From: an uncultured Bacteroidales bacterium
GTDB taxonomy: Bacteria > Bacteroidota > Bacteroidia > Bacteroidales > FEN-979
Reading direction: 5' to 3'
DNA: 64,000 nucleotides
Assembly (NCBI GenBank): GCA_903845055.1
Contig: CAIMWF010000134.1
Span: 19,127 to 83,126 of the forward strand
Shown: positions 46,183 through 56,522 of the stretch, piece by piece
Position numbering within the stretch: the stretch's first letter is position 1
Layout: every line of letters starts with the position of its first letter
Made by a program: the position numbers and the translations under genes
Notes under the pieces: generated by a model
The model's database searches: none
Seen by the model: only the letters and a program-made list of their open reading frames with translations
What the model was told of the DNA's origin: nothing

Positions 46183-46767
46183 ATGTACGAGTTCATTCAG
46201 GGAAAGCTGGTAGAAAAAAACCCGGCCTATGCCGTTGTTGAGGCAAACGGCGTTGGCTACCTTCTCAATATTTCCATCCATACCTATTCCCTGCTGAGGG
46301 AAGATGAAAATTGCCGGTTGTACACCCACCTCGTGGTACGCGAAGATGATATGCTGCTTTATGGGTTTGCCGACACCGGCGAACGCGAGTTGTTCAGGCA
46401 ACTGATCACGGTATCAGGAGTCGGGGTCAATACTGCAAGGATCATTTTATCGTCAACGGCGCCGGGCGAACTCGTCGCGGCCATTGCATCGGGGGATGCA
46501 CCTTTGCTGCAGCGGATTAAAGGGATCGGGGCGAAGACGGCACAACGCATCATCATTGACCTGAAGGATAAGGTTTCCAGGGAGCCATTTCCCCATGAAA
46601 AATCGGGATTCATGCACAATACAAAGAAGGAAGAAGCGTTATCAGGACTGATCATTCTGGGCTTCCCAAAGATGCTTGCCGATAAAGCATTGAACAAGAT
46701 CATTGAATCGGAAGGTACGGGTTTGACGGTTGAACAGCTGATCAAACACGCTCTCAAGGTTTTGTAG
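46183..46767 (+). CDS. ruvA: Holliday junction branch migration complex subunit RuvA
   Basis: 194 aa. Contains MYEFIQGKLVEK and GVGY, plus the HhH motifs LITVSGVGVNTA and IKGIGAKTAQRI. Confidence 0.92.
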   Translation: MYEFIQGKLVEKNPAYAVVEANGVGYLLNISIHTYSLLREDENCRLYTHLVVREDDMLLYGFADTGERELFRQLITVSGVGVNTARIILSSTAPGELVAAIASGDAPLLQRIKGIGAKTAQRIIIDLKDKVSREPFPHEKSGFMHNTKKEEALSGLIILGFPKMLADKALNKIIESEGTGLTVEQLIKHALKVL

Positions 46768-46806
46768 CGTGACGGTTCCGGAATAAAATTCACCTTGTAG
46801 AACTTA

Positions 46807-49800
46807 GTGAAGAAACGCAATTTATACTGTCTTATCTGCCTGGCCGTCCTGGTTATTCTGCATTTACCGGCATTTTCCGGTGAAACCCGCAGAAACTTCG
46901 GACTGCCTGATTTCTTCTTCCTGTCGGGAGACACCATCATCCGGCACGATTCAGTCATTTTGCGCTATCCCTTCAACGACGAAACCACCCTTCCCGGATC
47001 GGGCAGGGAGAACCACATCTACCTGAAGAACCCCTCGAACATCAAGACCATTGTCGAGTATGACCCGCTGACGCGACAGTATTACTATGTTTACAAGATC
47101 GGGGAAACCACCTACCGCCTTCCCACCACCATGTCCTTCGACGAATACCAGGCGCAGGACATGCAGAAGATGATCAACCAATACTGGAAGGAGCGTTCCG
47201 ACGCAGCCAGCCTCGACAACGCGAAGGGCATCATCCCCAAGATTCATATTCCCGGTAAGGTTTTCGAGACCATTTTCGGGAACAACACCGTCGACATCCG
47301 GCCGCAGGGATCAGCCGAGATCAACTTCGGCATCATCTCGAACCGAAGGGACGATCCCATGCTCAACACCCGCCAGCGGAGGCAGACAAACTTCGACTTT
47401 AGCGAAAAGATCCAGATGAATGTCATCGCCAAGATCGGCGATAAAATTGAGTTCAAAGTCAACTACAACACCGAGGCGACCTTTGATTTCGAAAACAAGC
47501 TGAAACTGAAATATGAAGGCAAGGAAGATGATATCATCCAGCTGATCGAAGCCGGGGATGTGAACATGCCGCTCAGTACCACCCTGATCAAGGGAACCGA
47601 AAGCCTCTTCGGCATCAAGACCAAACTCAAATTCGGCCGCGTTTCGGTTACCGCCATCTATTCGCAGCAGAAAAGCGAAACAAAGAATATTGTTGTCCAG
47701 GGCAATGCCCAGACCACCAAATTCAAGATCCGCGCCGACGATTACGAAGAAAACAAGCATTTCTTTGTGGCCCAGTATTTCCGCAACACCTACAAGGAAT
47801 CGCTGAAGAAGCTGCCTGTTCTGTCGACCAATGTGAATATCCTGAAGATGGAGGTGTGGGTGACCAATATTGGTTCAGCCGTAACTGAAAACCGCAACGT
47901 TGTGGCTTTCATGGATATCGGCGAGTCAAAACCCTACAATACGCGGGTCCTCGCCGGCAACCCGGCGAGCAGGTATCCCACCAACAATGCAAACAACCTG
48001 TTTCATGTGATCATACCGACCGCCGCCGATTCGGCCAAGGTGAGGAACAGCAACACCGTGACCGACTACCTGAAAGGCGCACCCTTTTTCATGGTATCGG
48101 GAGAGGACTTTGTCAAGGTCGACCTGGCCCGCAAACTGCTGCCATCCGAATTCAGCTATAACCCCAGGCTGGGTTTCATTTCGGTCAATTCGACGCTGAA
48201 TTCCGACCAGATGCTCGCCGTGGCATACCAGTACCAGGTTGTCGGCGATACCGCCGTTTACCAGGTGGGGGAATTTTCGGACCAGGGGATCAATTCTCCC
48301 AAATGTTTGATGGTCAAATTGCTGAAGAGCACCTCGCTCGATACAAAAGTACCGACCTGGAACCTGATGATGAAAAATGTTTATGCCCTGGGTGCCTACC
48401 AGGTGCAGCAGGCCGATTTCAACCTGAACATCCTCTATTCGGGCAATGCGAACGGGGTTCCGACATCATACCTCACCGAGAGCCGCATCAAGGGAATTCC
48501 GCTGCTCCACGTGCTCAACTTCGACAACCTGAACCAGCAGAACAACCCCCCGGGCGACGGTATGTTCGATTTCATCGACCAGGCCGCAACACTGGGAGGC
48601 ACGATCCAATCGTCGAACGGCAGGATTTTTTTCAGCGTGCTTGAACCCTTCGGCAAAGACCTGCGCGATTCGATCTACGACGCCGCCGATCCGAAAGGCT
48701 CGAGCGCCATGGCGGATAAATACTGCTACGATTCGCTCTACACGATGACCAAATCGATGGCAAGGCAATACCCTGATAAGAATAAATTTGTCCTCGACGG
48801 TTACTACAAATCGGCCGCCGGGTCCGAAATTTCACTCAATGCCCTGAATGTCCCTGCCGGCTCGGTCAAGATCACCGCAGGCGGGATGGTCCTTCGCGAG
48901 AATATCGATTACACGGTTGATTACACCCTTGGCCGGGTCAGGATCCTGAACGAAGGGGTGCTGAATTCGGGGACTCCCATCAGCATCTCGCTCGAGAGCA
49001 ACGAAATGTTCAATGTGCAAACCAAGCGGCTGATGGGCGCCCATGTCGACTACAAGATCAACAAGGATTTCGTGATCGGGGGTACCATCCTGAACCTGAA
49101 TGAAAGGCCGCTGACCCAGAAGGTGAATTACGGGGATGAACCCATGTCAAACACCATGTGGGGGCTCAACCTTTCTTACCGGACGCAGTCGAGGCTGATC
49201 ACCCGGTTTGTGGATGCCATTCCGCTGATTTCCACCAAGGCCCCCTCCTCCATTTCGGTGGATGCCGAATTTGCCCAGTTCATCCCGGGCCATTCCAAGA
49301 CCATCGGTGCGGCGGGTACCACCTATATTGACGATTTCGAGGGGGCAAAATCGACGATCGACCTGAAAAATATCGGCACCTGGTTTTTAGCCAGCACCCC
49401 GCAGGGGCAGACGACCTACGGGATGTTCCCGGAGGCGGCAAATGGAACCGGGCTTAAATACGGGTTTAACCGCGCAAAACTTGCATGGTATATCATCGAT
49501 CCTCTCTTTTACGACAAGAGTACCAGCCTGGTGCCCCCCAATATTTCCAACTCCGAATTGTCGACACAGTACGTACGCCAGGTATGGGAAACGGAAATTT
49601 TTCCCAACAAGCAACCGCTCAACGGGGTGCCGGTCAACCTGGCTGTGATGAACATGGCATACTATCCTGCCGAGCGCGGGCCTTACAACTATGATGTGAC
49701 ACCCTCGGCCTTCTCCAACGGGCTCCTTGCCGACGGTACGCTGGCAAAACCCACGACACGCTGGGGCGGGGTGATGCGCAAGATCGAGACGACCGATTTC

Positions 49801-52800
49801 GATGCCACCAACATCCAGTACATTGAATTCTGGATGATGGATCCTTTTGCTTACGATTCGCTGAACTCCGGGCAACTGTATTTCAACCTGGGTGATGTTT
49901 CCGAGGATCTGCTGCGCGACGGGCGCAAGAGCTATGAAAACGGGCTGCCTACTACTGCCCTGGTGAAGGATGTTGATACCACCATCTGGGGAAGGGTGCC
50001 GCGCCTGCAGGCTCTCGTGGATGCCTTTGACAACGATCCTGCTTCCCGAGCCTTCCAAGATGTCGGATACGACGGGCTGAGCGATGCCGACGAACTTTCG
50101 TTTTTCGATACTACCTATGTCTCCAAAGTCAGGAACGCTTTTGGAGCAGGCTCGGCGGCCTATAAAAACGCCTCCACCGACCCCTCCTCCGATGATTTTC
50201 ATTATTTCCGCGGAACCGATTATGACCATGATGCGAATTTTTCCAGTATCCTGAACCGGTATAAGCTCTTTAACGGTCCTGAAGGAAACAGCCAGACCTC
50301 CTCGCAGTCAAAGGAAAGCTATTCTACCACCGCCTCCACCATGCCAAACGTGGAGGACATCAACAAGGACAACACCCTGAGTGAAACGGAGCGGTATTAC
50401 CAGTATGTTGTCCAGCTGCAGCGCGACAAGATGAAGCCGGGTTCGAATTATATCACCAACGTTTACCATGCCACCGATATTCCGCTGGCAAACGGGACAA
50501 AGGGTTCGGTGACCTGGTACCAGTTCAAGATCCCCATCCGCACCCCGGACAAGGTGGTCGGCAACATCACCGATTACACCTCCATCCGCTTCATGCGCAT
50601 GTTCTTCAAGAACTTCCAGCGCCCGGTGGTTTGCCGCTTTGCCACCCTGGAACTCACCCGCGGGGAGTGGCGGAAATATAATTACAGCCTGCTCAATCCA
50701 GGGGAATATATTCCCGATGACGGGCAGAACCTGACGCAGTTCGACATCGCCACCGTGAGCATCGAAGAAAACGGCAGCAAACAGCCGATCCCCTATGTGA
50801 TGCCCCCGGGTATCCAGCGCGAGACCAACTGGGGATCAACGAACATGCAGAAACTCAATGAGCAGTCCATGTCGTTCAAGGTGTGCAACCTGGTCGATGG
50901 CGATGCCCGCGCAGCCTATAAAACCACCGAGTTCGACTTCCGCCAGTTCAAGCGGCTGAAGATGTTCGTTCATGCAGAACGTTCTATCCGGAACCAGAAT
51001 TTAAAGACCGGGGATCTGACCATCCTGATGCGCATCGGCAGTGACTTTACCGAAAATTATTATGAATACGAAATTCCCCTCTCCTTCACCGAATGGGGAA
51101 CGCAGATCACCAACCCTGATGCCATCTGGCCCACTTCAAACGAGTTTGACATCGACCTTGAACGGCTCGTCAGGGTAAAATACGACCGGCTCATCGCCAT
51201 GCGCGACCATTCGGTCAACCTCACCGAATCGACGCCATATGTTGAATACGACGGCAAAAACAAGATCACCGTTGTGGGATCGCCCACCATCAGCGATGTC
51301 AGGGCGATCATGATCGGCGTCAGGAACCCGAAAAAGAGCGCGGTCACACCCGATGACGACGGGCAGCCGAAATGTGCCGAAATATGGGTGGATGAGCTGC
51401 GGCTGACCGATTTCAACAAAGTAGGGGGCTGGGCGGTAAACACGAGGGTCGCGGTCGAACTGGCCGACCTTGGAAGGGTTCAGCTGACCGGCAGCTATAC
51501 CAGTGCAGGCTTTGGAACGCTCGAGCAAAAGCAGACCCAGCGCATCATGGAGTCGAACCTTGCTTTCGGGTTTACGGCCGACCTGGAACTTGGCAAGTTC
51601 TTCCCGGCAAAAACGGGCATCCGCATTCCGATGCATTACGATTATTCGATGCTGCTTACCAGTCCGAAATACGACCCGCTGAATCCCGACCTGAACCTGA
51701 GCGATGTGATCAACGCATTTTCAACCCAGCATCAGAAGGATTCGATCAAGCAGATTTCACAGGGATACACCCAGACGAAGAATTTCAACCTGATGAATGT
51801 CAGGAAGGATCGCGTCGGCGATAAAAAACCGAAAATTTACGACATTGAAAATTTCAATGTCAGTTATTCCTATTCTGAAATATTCCACAGGGACGTTGAT
51901 GTTTCATACTACCTGAAGCGGCATTATACCGGCGGGCTTGGCTATACTTACTCGGCGCTCCCGAAAAACGTGCTTCCGTTCCAGCGCTCGAAGGTGCTGA
52001 ACCGTACCAAAGCCCTGGCCCTGATCAAGGATTTCAATTTTTATTACCTTCCGAAGTCCTTTACCTTCAGGACCGACATGAACCGGGAGTTCGACCAGAA
52101 GCAATACAGGAACAAGAGCGCAGCCGACATCCCGATGGAGACCTTTTACATCAAACAATGGGACTGGAGCCGGTTGTTCGACCTGAAGTACGACTTTTCA
52201 AAATCTTTTAAAATTTCGCTCGTGGCCAACACCGGCGCCTATATCAATGAGCCTCCGGGACAGATCGACCGTTCAAACCGCGACCAGGTGTGGAACCAGA
52301 TATTTTCGCTGGGCACCAAAAACAATTACAACCAGGTGATGGGGATCAACTGGGATGTCCCGGTCAACAAAATCCCCTATCTCGATTTCATCACGCTGAA
52401 TGCGGGTTACCAGACGACCTACCACTGGACGGCGTCGCCCATCTCCCTGCAGCAGCAATATGGCAACACCATTGAAAATGCCAATTCGAAAACCCTCAAC
52501 GGCGGGCTGAACTTCGTTACCCTGTACAATAAAGTGCCCTATCTCAAAAAGATCAACCAGGCCACGGCCAGCAGCCGGTCAGCCAAGCAGGAGCCGCCCA
52601 AACCGGCCAAGGATAAAAGCGTTGCCAAACAGGATTCGCTGAAGATTGAAAAGTACAAACCCGCTTTCGGAAAGGTGCTGCTCGACGGAACCCTGCGTTT
52701 CCTGATGGGAATCCGGATGGCGAAATTCACCTATACCCAGGGAAACGGGACCCTGCTGCCGGGTTTTACCCCCGAACCGGTCGCCCTGGGAAACAACTGG

Positions 52801-54051
52801 AACTCAAACGCACCCGGGCTGGGTTTTGTATTCGGCGACCAGCGCGACATACGCAACACGGCCATCAACCATGGCTGGATCACCACCGATACCCTGCTGA
52901 ACTCGGCCTACATGAACAAATTTACCGAGAACCTCAACGTTTCTTTTACCATCGAGCCGATCAAAGACCTGCGCATCGAGGTAATTGCCAACAAACAATA
53001 TTCCAAATCGCACCAGGAGTATTACAAGGCAAACGCAAACGGGACTTTCAACAGCTATTCACCCTCCGACATGGGGATGTTTTCCATGTCGTTCGTCATG
53101 ATCGGTACTTCATTTAAAACGGATGATGCAACAGGCAGATCGCCGGTCTTTGAAAACATGAAACAATACCGGCTGCAGGTTGCCCGCCGGTTTTCCGCCC
53201 TGAACCCGAATTCAAAGACCACCATCGATTCGACAGGTTTCCCGCAGGGCTACGGCCCGACCGACCAGCAGGTGCTCACCACGGCCTTCCTCGCAGCCTA
53301 TTCCGGCCGCGATCCGGCTAAGATAAACCTCTCGGCATTCCCGCGCATCCCGCTTCCAAACTGGCGCCTGACCTATGACGGGCTTGTCAAACTGAAGATT
53401 TTCAAGAAATGGCTGCGCACGCTCACGCTCACCCATGCCTATCTTTCGACATACAGCGTTGGCAGTTTCAATTCAAACATACGGTACGCCGAAAACGACG
53501 GAATGCCTGCTGTCATGGACGCCGCAGGCAATTTCATCCCCCACGAGGAGGCAACGGTTGTTTCGCTTACTGAACAGTTCAACCCCCTGTTCAAGATCGA
53601 CATGGGGTTCCTCAACAGCCTGCTTGCCAGTGCCGAAATCAAACGCAGCAGGAACGTCTCCATGAGTTTTGCCAACAACCAGCTCACGGAGGTATCGAGC
53701 AGCGAGTATATCGTTGGACTCGGTTACCGGATCAAGGGGATAAAATTCAACTTCTCGGGGGGCATCACCGGGGGGAAAAAGACCAAGACCAACAGCGACC
53801 TGAACCTTAAACTTGACTTTTCCATCCGCCAGAACAAAACGGTGTTGCGACGCATCGACCAGGACATCAACCAGATTTCCGTGGGCCAGCAGGTCACCTC
53901 CATCAATTTTTCTGCCGACTACAACCTGAGCGTACGGTTCAACGTGAGGTTCTATTTCGATAAGATCATCAACTCCCCCTACGTTTCAAACCAGTACCGG
54001 ACCTCCAACACCAAAGGGGGCATCGCGCTTCGGTTCACCCTCGGTCAGTAA
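46807..54051 (+). CDS. sprA: T9SS outer-membrane translocon / gliding motility protein SprA (Sov)
   Basis: 2414-aa ORF with a signal peptide and beta-strand-rich composition throughout. Its size, its N-terminal conserved block (YYYVYKIGETTYRLPTTMSFDEY) and the Bacteroidota context fit SprA. It has a GTG start at 46807 with no nearby in-frame ATG. Confidence 0.85.
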   Translation: MKKRNLYCLICLAVLVILHLPAFSGETRRNFGLPDFFFLSGDTIIRHDSVILRYPFNDETTLPGSGRENHIYLKNPSNIKTIVEYDPLTRQYYYVYKIGETTYRLPTTMSFDEYQAQDMQKMINQYWKERSDAASLDNAKGIIPKIHIPGKVFETIFGNNTVDIRPQGSAEINFGIISNRRDDPMLNTRQRRQTNFDFSEKIQMNVIAKIGDKIEFKVNYNTEATFDFENKLKLKYEGKEDDIIQLIEAGDVNMPLSTTLIKGTESLFGIKTKLKFGRVSVTAIYSQQKSETKNIVVQGNAQTTKFKIRADDYEENKHFFVAQYFRNTYKESLKKLPVLSTNVNILKMEVWVTNIGSAVTENRNVVAFMDIGESKPYNTRVLAGNPASRYPTNNANNLFHVIIPTAADSAKVRNSNTVTDYLKGAPFFMVSGEDFVKVDLARKLLPSEFSYNPRLGFISVNSTLNSDQMLAVAYQYQVVGDTAVYQVGEFSDQGINSPKCLMVKLLKSTSLDTKVPTWNLMMKNVYALGAYQVQQADFNLNILYSGNANGVPTSYLTESRIKGIPLLHVLNFDNLNQQNNPPGDGMFDFIDQAATLGGTIQSSNGRIFFSVLEPFGKDLRDSIYDAADPKGSSAMADKYCYDSLYTMTKSMARQYPDKNKFVLDGYYKSAAGSEISLNALNVPAGSVKITAGGMVLRENIDYTVDYTLGRVRILNEGVLNSGTPISISLESNEMFNVQTKRLMGAHVDYKINKDFVIGGTILNLNERPLTQKVNYGDEPMSNTMWGLNLSYRTQSRLITRFVDAIPLISTKAPSSISVDAEFAQFIPGHSKTIGAAGTTYIDDFEGAKSTIDLKNIGTWFLASTPQGQTTYGMFPEAANGTGLKYGFNRAKLAWYIIDPLFYDKSTSLVPPNISNSELSTQYVRQVWETEIFPNKQPLNGVPVNLAVMNMAYYPAERGPYNYDVTPSAFSNGLLADGTLAKPTTRWGGVMRKIETTDFDATNIQYIEFWMMDPFAYDSLNSGQLYFNLGDVSEDLLRDGRKSYENGLPTTALVKDVDTTIWGRVPRLQALVDAFDNDPASRAFQDVGYDGLSDADELSFFDTTYVSKVRNAFGAGSAAYKNASTDPSSDDFHYFRGTDYDHDANFSSILNRYKLFNGPEGNSQTSSQSKESYSTTASTMPNVEDINKDNTLSETERYYQYVVQLQRDKMKPGSNYITNVYHATDIPLANGTKGSVTWYQFKIPIRTPDKVVGNITDYTSIRFMRMFFKNFQRPVVCRFATLELTRGEWRKYNYSLLNPGEYIPDDGQNLTQFDIATVSIEENGSKQPIPYVMPPGIQRETNWGSTNMQKLNEQSMSFKVCNLVDGDARAAYKTTEFDFRQFKRLKMFVHAERSIRNQNLKTGDLTILMRIGSDFTENYYEYEIPLSFTEWGTQITNPDAIWPTSNEFDIDLERLVRVKYDRLIAMRDHSVNLTESTPYVEYDGKNKITVVGSPTISDVRAIMIGVRNPKKSAVTPDDDGQPKCAEIWVDELRLTDFNKVGGWAVNTRVAVELADLGRVQLTGSYTSAGFGTLEQKQTQRIMESNLAFGFTADLELGKFFPAKTGIRIPMHYDYSMLLTSPKYDPLNPDLNLSDVINAFSTQHQKDSIKQISQGYTQTKNFNLMNVRKDRVGDKKPKIYDIENFNVSYSYSEIFHRDVDVSYYLKRHYTGGLGYTYSALPKNVLPFQRSKVLNRTKALALIKDFNFYYLPKSFTFRTDMNREFDQKQYRNKSAADIPMETFYIKQWDWSRLFDLKYDFSKSFKISLVANTGAYINEPPGQIDRSNRDQVWNQIFSLGTKNNYNQVMGINWDVPVNKIPYLDFITLNAGYQTTYHWTASPISLQQQYGNTIENANSKTLNGGLNFVTLYNKVPYLKKINQATASSRSAKQEPPKPAKDKSVAKQDSLKIEKYKPAFGKVLLDGTLRFLMGIRMAKFTYTQGNGTLLPGFTPEPVALGNNWNSNAPGLGFVFGDQRDIRNTAINHGWITTDTLLNSAYMNKFTENLNVSFTIEPIKDLRIEVIANKQYSKSHQEYYKANANGTFNSYSPSDMGMFSMSFVMIGTSFKTDDATGRSPVFENMKQYRLQVARRFSALNPNSKTTIDSTGFPQGYGPTDQQVLTTAFLAAYSGRDPAKINLSAFPRIPLPNWRLTYDGLVKLKIFKKWLRTLTLTHAYLSTYSVGSFNSNIRYAENDGMPAVMDAAGNFIPHEEATVVSLTEQFNPLFKIDMGFLNSLLASAEIKRSRNVSMSFANNQLTEVSSSEYIVGLGYRIKGIKFNFSGGITGGKKTKTNSDLNLKLDFSIRQNKTVLRRIDQDINQISVGQQVTSINFSADYNLSVRFNVRFYFDKIINSPYVSNQYRTSNTKGGIALRFTLGQ

Positions 54052-54152
54052 ACTTCCTCAAAGCCCCCGCCTTCCATTTCGGGAACATCCGGTTTTGGTT
54101 TTTCGGGTAATAATTATTCTTTCCTGTTATGGTACGTTTCGAAAAAAAGGTG

Positions 54153-54160
54153 TATTTTTG
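54153..54160 (+). promoter_or_regulatory. Candidate -7 promoter element TATTTTTG
   Basis: The motif lies 25 nt upstream of the gcvH ATG. This is a motif match only. Confidence 0.35.
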
Positions 54161-54184
54161 AACAAACATTAAAATAAATATTCT

Positions 54185-54565
54185 ATGAACGTACCGGCAA
54201 ATCTCAAGTACACAAAGGACCATGAATGGCTGAAAGTTGATGGTGATAATGCATTTGTAGGCATTACGGATTTTGCCCAGCACGAACTGGGGGACATTGT
54301 TTTCGTTGAGGTGGATACTGTTGGGGAAGCCCTTGGAAAACATGAGTCCTTCGGGACCATCGAGGCTGTCAAAACCGTTTCCGACATGTTCATGCCCGTT
54401 TCCGGTGAAATCCTGGAGTTCAACGAAGAACTTACCACAAAGCCTGAAGTGATCAACCAGGATCCATATGAGAGTGGCTGGGTAGTTAAAATCAAAATGT
54501 CCGATCCCGGCGAACTGGACGGGCTGCTCGATCCCGCGCAATACCAGGCCATCCTCCAGTCCTGA
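54185..54565 (+). CDS. gcvH: Glycine cleavage system protein H
   Basis: 126 aa. Contains YTKDHEWL, GITDFAQHELGDIVFVE and the lipoyl-lysine motif IEAVKTVSD. Confidence 0.93.
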   Translation: MNVPANLKYTKDHEWLKVDGDNAFVGITDFAQHELGDIVFVEVDTVGEALGKHESFGTIEAVKTVSDMFMPVSGEILEFNEELTTKPEVINQDPYESGWVVKIKMSDPGELDGLLDPAQYQAILQS

Positions 54566-54596
54566 TCCTGTTCACCGCGAACCTCCGCTGCTGCGG

Positions 54597-56426
54597 TCAC
54601 CCGTCATTTTTTGCCTCCTGGAAATGGTCGTAAACCAGTTTTCCTTTGGCCATGCCGATCACCTCCTGTAATTCGGACAGGGAGGCCAGGCGGATGTTTT
54701 TAACAGATTTGAACTTCCACAACAGTTTCTGATTGATATTACTGCCAATTCCGGAGATCTCCGTGAGCTGGGGCGTCATCATCGCCTTTTCCCGGCGCTT
54801 CCTGTGGTGGGTAATGCCGAACCGGTGGGCCTCATCGCGCATCTGCTGGATGATCCTCAGCGTTTCCGATTTCTTGTCGAGGTACATCGGCAGAGAGTCG
54901 TTGGGATAGTAGATCTCCTCAAGCTTCTTCGCGATCCCGATCACCGTCATCTTTCCTGCCAGGCCGAGTTTGTAAATGCTTTTAAGGGCGGCACTCAACT
55001 GCCCCTTTCCGCCGTCGACGATGACGAGGTTGGGCAACGGTTTATCCTCATCCATCAGTCGTTTGTACCTCCTGAAGATGATCTCTTCCATGGTGGCAAA
55101 ATCGTCGGGACCCTCCACCGTTTTGATATTGTAATGACGGTATTCGCCCTTGTCAGGCCGGGCGTTGATGAAGCAAACCATGGCTGCCACCGGGCTGTCG
55201 CCCTGGATATTGGAATTGTCGAAACATTCGATACGAACCGGTAATTCGGTCATCCGGAGGTCCTTCATCATCGTGTCGAGAATCCTTCGTGATTTATGTT
55301 CAGGATCGACGAGTTCCTTCTGCTTTTCGCGTTCAAGCTGGTAGTATTTCACATTTCGTTCCGAAAGTTCCAGCAGCTTTTTCTTATCGCCGATCCGCGG
55401 TACGGTAAAGGTCAGCCCCGGGATTTCATAATCCATGGGGAAGGGGACAATGATTTCCGGCGATTCGCTTTCGAACCGCTGCCTGATCTCGGTGATGGCG
55501 AGGGCAAGCAGCTCCCCGGGCGTTTCATCCAGTTTTTTGTGCAGTTCGATGGTGTGCACCTGGATGATGGCGCCGTTCATAACCTTCATGAAATTTACAT
55601 ACGCAAGCAGCCCGGCAGAGACGATCGAAAAAACATCCACGTTGTTGATGGAGGGGTTGACCACGGTCGACTTACTCTGGTATTTGTCTAAAAGGGCAAG
55701 TTTCTCTTTGACATAATGCGCCTTTTCAAATTCCTGGGAAGCCGCGTAACTCATCATCAGTTCCTTAAGCTGCTTTGCGACCGTGGTGATGTTGCCCTTG
55801 ATGATCTCCCTGATGGCGGCGATCGACTTGTCGTAATCTTCAATGGTCTGGTAACCTTCGCACGGCCCCTTGCAGTTCCCGATGTGGTATTCAAGGCATA
55901 CCCTGAACTTGCCGGCCCGGATATTCTTATCGCTCAGGGCCAGCGAACAGGTGCGCAGCGGGTATAGCTGGCGGCTTAGTTCGAGCAGGGTGTGCATCAG
56001 GCGCACATTGGCGTAGGGACCGAAGTATACCGATCCGTCGCGGACTACATGGCGGGTCGGGAAGATCCGCGGGAAGGGCTCGTTCCTGATGCATATCCAC
56101 GGGAAGGTTTTATCGTCCTTCAGGGCTACATTGTAATGCGGCTGGTATTTCTTGATGAGGTTGTTCTCGAGCAGCAGCGCATCCTGTTCGGTCTCAACAA
56201 CGATGTACCGGATGTCGGCGATCCTGCGCACCAGCATCTGCACTTTGCCGCTGATGGAGTTGATCTTGGTGAAATAGGAGCTGACGCGTTTCTTCAGGTC
56301 TTTGGCCTTGCCGACATATATGATCTTGTTCTTATCGTCGAAATACTGGTAAACCCCCGGCTTATGGGGCAGGCCCCTGACGATGGACTCCAGGTGTGAA
56401 AAATATTTATTCAGCGAACCGGCCAC
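54597..56426 (-). CDS. uvrC: Excinuclease ABC subunit C
   Basis: 609 aa. It has a GIY-YIG domain (PGVYQYFD..IIYVGKAKDLKKRV), a UVR domain, an RNase H-like endonuclease domain and a C-terminal (HhH)2. Confidence 0.92.
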   Translation of the reverse strand: MAGSLNKYFSHLESIVRGLPHKPGVYQYFDDKNKIIYVGKAKDLKKRVSSYFTKINSISGKVQMLVRRIADIRYIVVETEQDALLLENNLIKKYQPHYNVALKDDKTFPWICIRNEPFPRIFPTRHVVRDGSVYFGPYANVRLMHTLLELSRQLYPLRTCSLALSDKNIRAGKFRVCLEYHIGNCKGPCEGYQTIEDYDKSIAAIREIIKGNITTVAKQLKELMMSYAASQEFEKAHYVKEKLALLDKYQSKSTVVNPSINNVDVFSIVSAGLLAYVNFMKVMNGAIIQVHTIELHKKLDETPGELLALAITEIRQRFESESPEIIVPFPMDYEIPGLTFTVPRIGDKKKLLELSERNVKYYQLEREKQKELVDPEHKSRRILDTMMKDLRMTELPVRIECFDNSNIQGDSPVAAMVCFINARPDKGEYRHYNIKTVEGPDDFATMEEIIFRRYKRLMDEDKPLPNLVIVDGGKGQLSAALKSIYKLGLAGKMTVIGIAKKLEEIYYPNDSLPMYLDKKSETLRIIQQMRDEAHRFGITHHRKRREKAMMTPQLTEISGIGSNINQKLLWKFKSVKNIRLASLSELQEVIGMAKGKLVYDHFQEAKNDG

Positions 56427-56522
56427 TTCTTTTTCTGAATTTGATCACAAAGATACCTGATTTTCCGGTCGTGGATCAACTCCGGGGGCCGCTGCCCGGA
56501 TGGCTGATCGAAACCGGCATTG